The notes under the pieces were generated by a model. That model saw only the letters and a list, made by a program, of their open reading frames with translations, was not told where the DNA came from and did no database searches. Positions 53,515 to 64,000 of a stretch of DNA of 64,000 bases are shown piece by piece. The stretch lies in the NCBI RefSeq assembly GCF_006345805.1, contig NC_043004.1, positions 19,282,001-19,346,000 of the forward strand. The letters are read 5' to 3'. The stretch comes from Octopus sinensis (taxonomy: Eukaryota). Each line of letters starts with the position of its first letter. Position 1 is the stretch's first letter. The translations under genes were made by a program, and so were the position numbers.

Positions 53515-53925
53515 CACGTGCTGGCAGAAACGTTAGCACGCCGGGCGAAATGCTCAACAGTATTTCGTCTATCGCTACGTTCTGAGTTCAAATTCCTCCG
53601 AGGTCGACTTTGCCTTTCATCCTTTCGGAGTCGATTAAATAAGTACCAGTTACGCACTGGGGGTCGATATAATCGACTTAACCCGTTTGTCTGTCCTTGT
53701 TTGTCCCTTCTGTGTTTAGCCTCTTGTGGGTAGTAAAGAAATATGTATTTCGCCTGCCGCTACGTTCTGAGTTCAAATTCCGCCGAGGTCGACTTTGCCT
53801 TTCCTCCTCTCGGGGTTAATTAAATAAGTACCAGTTACACACTGGGGTCGATATAATCGACTTAATACCTTTGTATGTCCTTGTTTGTCCCCTCTATGTT
53901 TAGCCCTTGTGGGCAATAAAGAAAT
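53515..53925 (+). mobile_element. SINE family B dimer
   Basis: A full unit is followed by a second unit restarting at GTATTTCG, with a B box but no A box. Confidence 0.9.
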
Positions 53926-55116
53926 AAGTATTTCGTTGTGATCAGTATGGTCCCCCATTAGAAAATCAGTGTATCTGTAACAATGAATGTGTGGACTGCA
54001 TAGGGTTATTCGAACGAATTATGTGCGGCAAGTGTTTATAATGAGTCAATATTGAAGCTTCAGCATGATCAGGTGACTCGCTAGAAACAACTGTCACATC
54101 TCCCTAAAATACAAGGTATTGTTTTAAAATATGAAACGCATTGGATGATGTGCAATATTAATTGAGATGTTGAGAATTGAGTTTCCTGATTGTGGTACAG
54201 CTCAAAATTGTTAATTGTGTACGAATAACTAATTGATCGCTCGACAACCTATCGACTGATTTCATTGGATCTGATACGATATGTCTATCATTAATTTAGT
54301 GTTCTGGTTGCTTCCTTTTCTTATAGATAATAACAACCTGATGTTTCTCATTACAGTTGAATTTCCCCTGAGCTTCATCTCTGCAAGCTGATTGACTTAA
54401 TATAATCTTGACCACTTTCGCTTTGGCAGATTTTTACTATATAACAGATGTGTAAGACGTGTATATACTTGTCCACTGATGTGATTGGATGGTTCAGGAC
54501 TTTGCTTCACACTCATCAGTTTTCTCATTCGATCCCACCGCATGGTACCTTGTAAATGATACTAGATACACGGAAACTGTGTGGAAGGCTCGTCAACTGG
54601 ACGGTCTGAATAATTCAAAGAGCCAACCTTATTACATGCTACATCCCATTTATTCATCCTGTGCATTATGTCATGGTTACTCGTGTCTCTAGACTACTTT
54701 GCTTCCTACATTATACTTCAATGAGTCGATAGTTCAGATGAAAGAATAACTGAAATATTCATAATCGAAACTGACGAAGGATCGAATTACTATTTGCTTT
54801 TTACGTGTCCCTTAAAAATAAATGCTATATCAGAAATTCACTCCTTTAACTCTTAAGATATTAGTTTGGTAGGAAGGCTAGGATACGATAATCCTTGGCT
54901 CTGTCAGATTTTTCTGTAGGACAGTTATTTGATGAGATTGGTGCAGTAGCTGTTCACTTTAATCTTTCACTTGCTGACGAGCGTTACACAGTATTACACA
55001 GTGCTCGGAAGGTTACAAACTAGATGCATTGTGTTTAGGATTGTTCAGTATCTTGTTGAAGATCACATAATAAATCTTATTTATTCGATATCTATAAGTT
55101 TTCATAACTGTCATTG

Positions 55117-55328
55117 GCTTCAAATTTTGTCACAAGGTCAGCAATTGTTGGGGCGGGTGCAAGCCGATTACATCAAACCCAGAGCTCATCTGGTATTTAT
55201 TTCATCGATCCCGAAAGGATGAAAGACAATGAAGAAACCGGCGGCATTTCAGCTCAGAAAGTAAGAACGGATGAAATACTGTTCAGCATTTTCCCCAGCG
55301 TACTAACAGCTCTGTCAGTTCGCCGCCC
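55117..55328 (-). mobile_element. SINE family B, degenerate
   Basis: ATCGATCCCGAAAGGATGAAAG body and CTGTCAGTTCGCC head end. Confidence 0.75.
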
Positions 55329-55394
55329 TACACTTCATACTAATAATACAATCCCAAATGTTGATATAGCTGTTACACTTGGAGTCCGGAGTAC

Positions 55395-55772
55395 CATATA
55401 CATGTGGTTTGAGCACCACCGCGTGGTAGCTTGGGCAGTTATCTTCTACAATAGCCTTGGTCCGACCAAACACATATGGGAGACTTTAGGAGACAGAAAC
55501 TGAAATAAAAAAACGACGTACAGATAAATATATGTGTGCGCGCGCTTGTGTGTAGCTTTGTGTCTGTGTTTGCTCACCATCAATATTTGATGACTTGTGT
55601 TGGTTTGTTTACGTCCCCGTATCTTAGCGTGACCGCCTGAATAAGTACAAGACTTTAAAAGAAAATAAGTGGTGGAGTTGAAACGTTCGACTATAGAAAA
55701 TCACTGCTCAAGGTGGTGCCCCAGCATGGCCACAGTTTAAAGACTGGAACAAGTAGAAAAACAAGATAAAAG
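55395..55772 (+). mobile_element. SINE family A, degenerate
   Basis: GCTTGGGCAGTTATCTTCTACAATAGCC core; GGTGGTGCCCCAGCATGGCCACAG tail. Confidence 0.75.
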
Positions 55773-55782
55773 ATTTATATAA

Positions 55783-55837
<55 letters not shown>

Positions 55838-56339
55838 TGTGTGAGTGTGTGTGTGTGTGTGTGTGTGCGTGTGATTTGTAGGAGGAAATGCTCGAGTGTC
55901 ATGCAGGCCTGGTCAGCCATCAGGAAAGTCACAGGAATCTACCACTTGTAAATTATGATACGACTATTGTTCAAAACAGAACATGTGCAAGCTGTTGGAA
56001 GGTGTGCCTATCAGTTGGATCATCAATGACTCATTTCAATGATTCCTTCTAGTAATGGCTTTGCTCGCACACGGGAAAGCAGCCACTGTACACACACACT
56101 GTACACACACACACAAACTATGCTGTAGTCCCAAAATTGTGTAAACAATTAGAACAGAATTTAACAAACACGTTATTTTCTTAATTATTCTCGTTTCCAG
56201 ATTTATATTGCTGCAGCAGCTACGGAGCCGCAGCAAACTATAGGCTGGCTCGCTCACTAGATCCTACTTCAGATCGAAATATCTAATGAAGCTCTTTTAT
56301 ACAAAATCTATAAATGGAAAACTTTACAGGATATATATT

Positions 56340-56567
56340 TTGTATCTTTTTAATATTTTACTTGTTTTAGTCATTCGACTGCAGCCATGCCGGGGCAATA
56401 GCACACAACACACACACACATACAGACATAGAGTTTCCGCTAATGTGGTAATGGTCGGCCCGAAGCCATAGCAGAAGAAAATTGTCCAAGGTGCCATGCA
56501 GTAGGATGAACCCAGAAACGTGCGGTCGGTAAGCAAACATCTTACCATACAGCCACACCTATGCCTA
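56340..56567 (-). mobile_element. SINE family A, internally deleted
   Basis: Head ACCATACAGCCACACC and tail TTTTAGTCATTCGACTGCAGCCATGC (plus-strand view). Confidence 0.75.
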
Positions 56568-56709
56568 TCAGATAGGTTCTTATACGATTCCCTCTTTTAA
56601 TATCTATCAAGTTACTTTATATGGAGATAGTGCCTTTACATTTGTTTATTTCAGACAATATTGTCTAATATCGAAAGATGCGGTGTAGTACGGAGTATAT
56701 ATACATATT

Positions 56710-57470
56710 ATTTTCATTATTTACATTTGACAGATATTTGTCCTCATCTTGTTTGTTGTTAACACGTTTCGGCTAGGAATGCTAGTTGATTGTCTTTTTC
56801 CTTTTCCATTATGAACTGTATGGATGGCTTTATTGAGTTCACATGATCTAACAGCACTTGAACATATTTCTGGTAGGGCCAGAGTATAAAGGTGTCATCA
56901 ACATATCGCAACCATAGGGTGGACGAACATCGCAAAGCTGTGTCACGGGAAGATATTAATAAATCGGGTATAGCTGATAATGTATGGAAAAATGGAGACC
57001 ACTTCCCCCTGTGGGATGAAGTGAAAATAATAGACAGAGAACACCACTGGAAAATACGAAAACTGAAAGAAGCAGCACATATGCTACAACACAACAACCT
57101 CCTAAGCAGACCGAGTGCAGATATGAGTAGCATGTGGGGACCGGTATTAAAGAAATATAGGAAAATATTAGATTTATGAGCCTTAAAATTCACTCAATAA
57201 TTACCTACCGGCATATGGCGTAGTGGTTAAGAGCGCGGGCTACTAACCCGATGATTCCGAGTTCGATTCCAAGGAATGACCTGCATGATAATAATAACAT
57301 CGAATACTTTAGGAATGAAAACCCATGTTCAAAATTTCGCCAAGACACCTGATGAAAGTTAGAGGGTATATCTACCGTAATGTTAACAACAAACAAGATT
57401 AGGACAAATATCCATCAACAGTAAGTAATGAAAATACTGTACATAATTCCTCGTCTCTTAAATATAGAAG
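56710..57470. mobile_element. PLE insertion with inverted 5' part (tail and RT on minus; endonuclease end, 3' region and tail on plus)
   Basis: Minus strand WLRYVDDTFILW..IQFIMEKEKDNQLAFL fused to AGCCGAAACGTGTTAACAACAAAC; plus strand EHRKAV..KSGIADNVWK..LWDEVKIIDREHHWKIRKLKEAAH, then the same tail. Confidence 0.88.
57210..57274 (+). ncRNA. tRNA-like Pol III cassette inside the PLE 3' region (not a functional tRNA)
   Basis: A box TGGCGTAGTGG (57216-57226), anticodon-like arm CGGG-CTACTAA-CCCG, B box GAGTTCGATTCC (57259-57270); acceptor and T stems do not pair properly. Confidence 0.7.
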
Positions 57471-57729
57471 TATGCATAACGTTGATATCTCATCAGATGC
57501 CACGGGAGGTGGTCAAACTCTGCATATATACAGAGAACACCACTGTGTCTTTTCAAAACATTGTCCGGTTTAAAAGAGATACATCAGATGCCACGGACAA
57601 TGTTTTGAAAAGACCCCCACATAGATTGCATATTCGATTTGGACCACCAAGAGCTGCAGTTAAATTCTGATCTTTGTGAATTTTAAAATGTCTTTTGACG
57701 CCTCATTTGGGTTTCCAGACCTTCTGGAT

Positions 57730-57875
57730 TACATTCATTGAAATGTGTGCACAGACATATAGGCAAAATTGTTGGTAGAAGTTCGTTTTCCATTAGTTCT
57801 CAAATGAGATCTGAGCCCAGCAAAAGAAAGGCATTGTCTGCTACAAATTGTGCACACAAAACTGTGATTGTGATT
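57730..57875 (-). mobile_element. RTE/BovB-type LINE C-terminal zinc-finger remnant
   Basis: FVCTICSRQCLSFAGLRSHLRT. Confidence 0.7.
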
Positions 57876-57906
57876 CACACATATATGCATATGCACACAC
57901 GCAGAC

Positions 57907-57968
<62 letters not shown>

Positions 57969-58088
57969 AATACATTCATACACAGTTAGATAAATTGATA
58001 GATAGACAGATAGATAGATAGATATATATATAGAGAGAGAGAGAAAGAAAGAAAGAAAGAGAAATTGATAATTTGATAGGTAGCTGGT

Positions 58089-58124
<36 letters not shown>

Positions 58125-58904
58125 GAGGTAAAGATTTAAATAATACGTGCACATACCCCCCACCCCTCGCACACACAGGATAGATAGGTAGATGGATACA
58201 TTAGAAATATGATCGGAGTTGCAAAAGGTAACCTTTATCCTAGGTTTCAAGAAAAAAATATAAATGTGTTTGTGTGAACATGTGTTTATACATGCGTGTA
58301 TGCTTTTTATCTGTTATTGAGGCATAAATTTGTGCATGTGTGAATGTGTCAATGTATATATTTGCGTATGAGTGCTTCTTCGAAAATTGCAATGTTCAGG
58401 TAGAACCTAATTACAAGTCACAGATTATCCAAGGGGCTTTCAAATTTCTTCCGTCGTTTGCTGAGAAATTCTTCGGAAAAGTAATCACTGTTTGCTTCCT
58501 GCCATAACTTAACTTAGGGAAAGAAATTTTCTTCCTATCTGCCAAAAGTAGATCTGAGCTTTTCTTCATGCACAATACTATACATGATAGTTAATGGATG
58601 AACAATTCTCCTAACAGCATCATTTTGTTCGCTCTCAAAATATCATCCTTATCGTTAAGCGAAAGACTGCTTGAAATTGAAAATTTCTTTTAGTGGGAGT
58701 TCTAAGATCTAAAACAGACAAATTCTATAAAATATATCAAATAAATATATAAAAGAAACAGCAAAATAATAATAAAGTTTAATGCAAGAACAGAATACAA
58801 AAAGAAATATTTTATTCTCATTTCTTTCTATGTATGTATGTATGTATGTATGTATGTATGTATGTATGTATGTATGTATGTATGTATGTATGCATGTATG
58901 TATG

Positions 58905-60050
58905 CATGATTCTTTTGTATTTAATCATTCAAATTCTTCCTCTGAAGAAGGGGTTCGTTTCTTACAAAGATACAAAACTCCATCTTTGGAATGTATTTAA
59001 CGAAAACAATGTCACATTTTAAACCTGAGAAAAATCTTGCATATTTTTACTGTTCTACTTACCGATTGCATTTGTAAGGTGTGAATTATTTGATTGATTT
59101 CTTTTCCTAAAATTCCAAGATTATCCAGACTGACACTTGGGCGTTTGCTTACCAAACCAAGTGCTCCAGTTATTATTAGTATGAATGTAAGTTTGTAATC
59201 CGTAGATTTTGAAGCAGTTGTCCATAGTTATCTTTTTTCTCTTTGATTTTCAAAAAGATGTTCACATCAGCAGGACAACTGACCTCTATGACAGTGTATA
59301 CTTATTCTTGTCTGTCCCGGACAACAATAATCCGGGCTGTTATGCTTACACTTGACATGTTTTGATGAGAATGTTCCACCAGTATTCCTTGTGCTGGTAT
59401 TTGTGTACCTATCCAGTAATAGGGGATTCTCTATATTCATTCCAAGACAGTCCTTATTTCCGAATAGCATTGTACATTGTTTTTACAACAACGTTATGAC
59501 TCACAAGGAGGCAGTTCCTTAACATTTAGGGGCAGCAGCTAATCACATATGTGATATCTTACACAGAAATCTTAGATAATCTACATCTTTGAACGCCAAG
59601 GGCTTCACTGTCTCTGTTGTTGATTTAGTATTTAGTAGCAATCTCCTGTTCTTTGATTGCAAATGCATAGTTTTCAAAGTGTAGCGGTCACGAGTCCAAG
59701 TGTGGCCTCGCTTCATGTGAATGTTACTATTTTCTTCAAGTGTACGAGAAACATATCCATGCATAGTCTTTTTGAGTATGCTGAACATTTCACTTCCAGG
59801 TCTCCTTTGAGGGTATGCTTGTCCGGCTGATTTGGGGTTGTATGGAAAGTCATCAAGCAGAGTGTACTTCCTGAGGAGTTCACTTCCAACACGTAGGGTA
59901 TTGTTTCCTTCACTTTTCAGCCCTAAGTTAATGCATTTATTTTTGCTGCTGTTGTTTAGCAAGCGCTGCCTGAGAGAGACTATGCGACATTCGAAAACTG
60001 TCTGCACTGATCACAAGCCTCTATCACCTTTGTCTATTCTTAGGTAGATC
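58905..60050 (-). mobile_element. R4/Dong-clade LINE 3' part (CCHC plus restriction-like endonuclease), degraded
   Basis: Frameshifted CRFC..ISHVISCCP knuckle, EYWWNI..KCKHNSPD, IEVSCPADVNI, KEKKDNYGQLLQNL, IITGALG, VKICKIFLRFKM-stop (59012-59014); the 3' UTR ends at a (CATA)n array. Confidence 0.8.
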
Positions 60051-60213
60051 CTATCGATATCACTATTTTTGTGGAGATTTGCATGTATATATGTATGCAT
60101 GTATGTATATATGTAGGTAGTTAGGTAGGTATGTAGGTAGGTAGGTAGGTAGGTAGGTAGGTAGGTAGGTAGGTAGGTAGGTAGGTAGGTAAGTAGGTAG
60201 GTAAGGACAGATT

Positions 60214-60250
<37 letters not shown>

Positions 60251-60278
60251 GCAGACAGACAGACAGACCGACAGATAA

Positions 60279-61215
60279 CACCGGCCAAGAAAACTTTTGT
60301 TGCATTGATGCCAATGATTGGTATTACTTTATTCGGGTATGCTGAATTCAAATATGAAGTTAGTTTTTCTTTGTAAGCTCTAGACTTTTTGTAATTAATG
60401 TGGGGTTTTTTTAATATATTTTCTAAATTTCAAATATTTCCAGAGATATGATGTTAATCATCTGATAATTTTCTAGTTATACTATCTTCAAACTAGGTGG
60501 AAAATATCAACTATCTACGCATTGAGATTTTAACTTTATTTTTATATACGAGTAAGTACACTACAATAAAAATTAGGCCATAAAAATAATGTTTCTTATT
60601 CCGATGCTGAGCAAAATAAATGTTATCACGTGCCAGTTGTTTTCACCATCTGCTTTTCTGTTGAAAATATATACCATATACAAATGATAGGTGTACATAG
60701 TTGAGAAACTCATTAGGACGGAATATAAAACACAAATAGATCTTATTCAGGTAAGAGTTCGCGCTTGGAACTCTTGCGATTGTAGACTTTCTTAGGGAAA
60801 TCTTGTTTAATGCTTTTGCAGTAGTCTGCCAACAGGTTTTTGTCCCATCGCTCTTGATAATGCTCTTTCATGTTCCTGAGGTCTTGGTGGAAGCGCTTCC
60901 CTTGCTTATCACTTACATCTCCAACATTTTCAGGGAACTGATCAAGGTGACTATGCAGAAAATACAGTTTAACGCTCATGTTACACCCAACATCATGGAA
61001 AGCCGACAACATATTATTTACAAAAATTCCATAGTTACCTGCTTTTCTGTTTCCAAAAATTTTTTTATGACTGCTACGAATGGCAGCCATGCTGCTCTTT
61101 CCTTGTCAGTCATCTTTCCGACAAATTCCTTATCATTTACAAGGGCACGAATCTGAGGTCCGTCATACACACCTGCTTTGATCTTTTCGAATGACAAACC
61201 AGGAAAAAATTCCTG
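60279..61215 (-). mobile_element. DNA transposon remnant, probably Chapaev3/CMC-type
   Basis: KIKAGVYDGPQIRALV..ERAAW..GNRKAGNY..GCNMSVKLYFLHSHLDQFPENVGDVSDKQGKRFHQDL..YQERWDKNLLADYC; possible CAC terminus at 60279. Superfamily name is from memory. Confidence 0.7.
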
Positions 61216-62189
61216 TGTTTTTGTGTTTATGGGGAAATGGAAAATTTAGAGCGAATATTTATTTTATGCGTGCTATGTATTAAGTCAATGAAAATGTGCG
61301 TAAAGTATATAAAGTATATATATAAAGTGCATTAAGTAATCGTATTTCAATTTCTTTCGCTTTTCAATGTGTAGCACATGAGCAACTATCTTTCCATAGA
61401 GACACAACACAGGATATTAAGCTACCTCTTCAGATTAAAAGAAATCCATGTTAAAAGATAATCCCTCGACGTATCGTTTGAAGAACGCAATGTAATTTTG
61501 CGTTTTTGAAGCGTTGCGTAGAGGGATTGTATGAATGTATGTATGACTCTATACATGTGTTCATGTGTATGTGTGTGTTCCAGTGCATATGGAACTTAAA
61601 ATAATATAGTATGGCTGAAAACAGGTATGCACTTGGTCAGAGAATTTATGGATATCATACATATATTCATATATTCATACTCATAAATCTACATATATAT
61701 CAACGAAGATAAACCTGATATAAGCACAAAGTCTAATGAAATTCCAGGAAATTTCCAGACGACGATATAACAGAGAGTAAGCTGCAAAGAAATCCGAGGC
61801 AATCTTCAGTAACTTAATTACGCAAGAAACATAACTATACTGTGTGTGTATGCATGTGTGTTTATGTGTGAATGCGCGTGTGTATGTTTGTGTGTGCGCG
61901 CGTGTGTTCCAGTGCATATAAGTCTTAAAATGATGTAGTGACAGAAAAATGAGTATGTGGTTGGTCACAGAATTTATCGATATCTCTGCGTTATAAATAC
62001 CCCTTCGTCATAGCAGTGATAACTGGACGGCTGTACACTATTGTGATGATGTGCTTAATGTCATCAAAGCTTAGTTATCTGAGAAAATAGACGAAAGAAT
62101 TGTGATAATAAAGCCAGAATAAAGATCAAAGAAATAGTGCGTGTATTTGACAAAAACAGAAAATGACCATCCCCAAATATTAAAAATAC

Positions 62190-62222
<33 letters not shown>

Positions 62223-62270
62223 ATATTGTATTTGACAAAAACAGAAAATGACCATCCCCAAATATTAACA

Positions 62271-62322
<52 letters not shown>

Positions 62323-62431
62323 TATATATAATAGTTAATCCAAACAAGAAAGCACAAAAAACCACAACGACGCGAGGACGTGGAACAAATATAGTATTAT
62401 TGGACGCTCAGGAAAGAAGGAAAGAAGGAGG

Positions 62432-62466
62432 GTTTAACGTTTCGAGCGGAGCTCTTCGTCGGAAAC
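62432..62466 (-). ncRNA. Minimal type I hammerhead motif with C3-C4 variant core, in a microsatellite-flanked repeat (about 62330-62800)
   Basis: GTTT-CCGACGA-A-GAGC-TCC-GCTC-GAAACGTT|AAAC: 4-bp helices I and II, palindromic AACGTT helix III. Confidence 0.7.
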
Positions 62467-63844
62467 ATAGGAGAAGGAAAGATCCAGAGAAGGGAAGACA
62501 GGAAAAAAAATCGCCAACGGTACACACGAGGTCACATTTTGAAAGACCGGAAGGAAAAGGGCGAAGAAAGATGTTTTCAAAGACAGGAGAGTAGTATTGT
62601 CAAAGACAGCAGAATGATAGAGGGGGGAATGTGTGTGTAAGTGTGGATATGTGCGTGCGCGGAGATCTGCGTGTGCGTGTGTGTGTGCGTGTGTGTGTGT
62701 ATGTGTGTGTGGTTGTGGCTGTAAACAAAGCGTGTTTGTAGGGCTAGTAGAATAAGGAGTGGTGTCTTTTGTCCCTACCACAGGTCAGTACTGTTACTTT
62801 GAAGTATGAATGTATGTATGTATGTATGCATGCATGTATGTATGTATGTATATATGTATGTATGTATGCATATATGTATGTATGTATATATGTATGTATG
62901 TGAGTGTATAGTAAGTATACAGCTACTATATATGACAAACGGTAGACAATGTACGATAAAAAGAGTTTATTAACCATCATACCGAAATCAATGGAAATTT
63001 CGATAAACTGACATTTACCATACAACTCATAGCGGACTTTCAAAGCAGTTGTTGACCCTAAATGTTAGCATTCACTGAACGACTACCTATTACAAGCTCA
63101 ATGTGCAACACATCCTCCAAAAGAGACAACATAACCTTCTTTCCAAACCGCCCTTGTTTGACAATAGGTTCTGAAGCCTGGTCGGAGCGAAGTCACTGAT
63201 TTCTCTTATTAGGATTACGAAAATAGATGCATTTTTCATCTCAAGTTACAATTCAACATAAAGAAGGAAATCACAAGGGTTTGCCATCAGTTGTTTGCAA
63301 ATGTTCCCAAGTCGTTGGGCTCGGTCATTGGTCAATTTATGAGGTCAGTTCTCGACAGCGTCTGTTCACAAGGCTGAGCTTACGGAGGTGTCGATTGGTT
63401 GCTACTTTATGAAAGAACAAGTTCTGCCGACAATCTACGAGTGATTGATTTTTGCACAACCATTACAAGCAAGGCTTCATCTTCCGCATCAGGTTTAGTT
63501 GGCCTTGATTTTTCTTTTTAATTGGTATCACCTTCCTTGAACCAATTTTGTGACACACGTTCGGTGGCCGTTGCTGAGCCTTCCACATGATTAATTTCTT
63601 TTGCTGAGCTTTTTTCCACAAGTAGCATAAAATGGTACCAATAGCAATTTATTCATCACTCATTATCAAAGCTCTAAAATAAAGACTAAGCAATTAATGT
63701 TTACATGTTATATATGAAAATAAAGAACAAAAGAAACAGGAATTGGGCAAGTTAAACCAAATTACCATGGAGACACAACTTGCCAAAATTCATTCGTGAA
63801 AATCCGAAAAAATTCTTTTGACTCAACATGGCATATCCTTTCCA

Positions 63845-64000
63845 CTATAGACACAAGGCATTAAATTTTGCAGGGAGGAGGCTAGTCAATTATATCTATC
63901 CCAGTGCTCAACTAGTGTCTACTTTATCGACTCAGAAAGGATGAAAGGCAAAGTCGACCCCAGTGGAATTCGAACTCAGACTGTAAAACCGGAAGAAATT
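63845..64000 (-). mobile_element. SINE family B, cut by the window end
   Basis: GAAAGGATGAAAGGCAAAGTCGACCCCAGTGGAATTCGAACTCAGA. Confidence 0.8.

Noticed and set aside
53515-53925. Regularly spaced repeats as a CRISPR-like array
   Set aside because: They are tandem SINE units with conserved internal sequence and no unique spacers, in a eukaryotic context.
57210-57274. Possible tRNA-Ser gene (also tRNA-like heads at 33908 and 30696)
   Set aside because: Acceptor and T stems do not pair and each continues into a repeat body; these are SINE or PLE heads.
57472-57501. Minus-strand GCAT-CTGATGA-GATATC-AACGTT-ATGC hammerhead-like string
   Set aside because: It lacks the essential G12-A13 bases; could be chance or a dead remnant.

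Overview
AT-rich eukaryotic non-genic DNA, dense in microsatellites and transposon remnants. The SINE families, Penelope/R4/RTE/CR1 mix and (TA)n/(CA)n load suggest an octopus (coleoid cephalopod) genome; this is inferred from remembered repeat consensus sequences, not from a search. No host protein-coding gene, true tRNA, rRNA or CRISPR array can be supported, and most track ORFs are microsatellite read-through. Supported content: a near full-length CR1-type LINE (APE + RT), several Penelope-like element (PLE) remnants (RT and GIY-YIG), RTE, R4/Dong, Tc1, probable Chapaev, hAT, mariner-MITE and Helitron-type elements, about 20 tRNA-derived SINE copies of 4 families, one 100-N gap, and large tandem and inverted duplications, at least one of which may be an assembly artefact. 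The most notable signal is a set of type I hammerhead ribozyme (HHR) motifs in about five unrelated repeat families. One fully canonical HHR overlaps a 300-bp palindrome, and one PLE carries a tRNA-like Pol III cassette just upstream of its HHR. Boundaries were read by eye and are approximate unless a TSD, TIR or motif is quoted.
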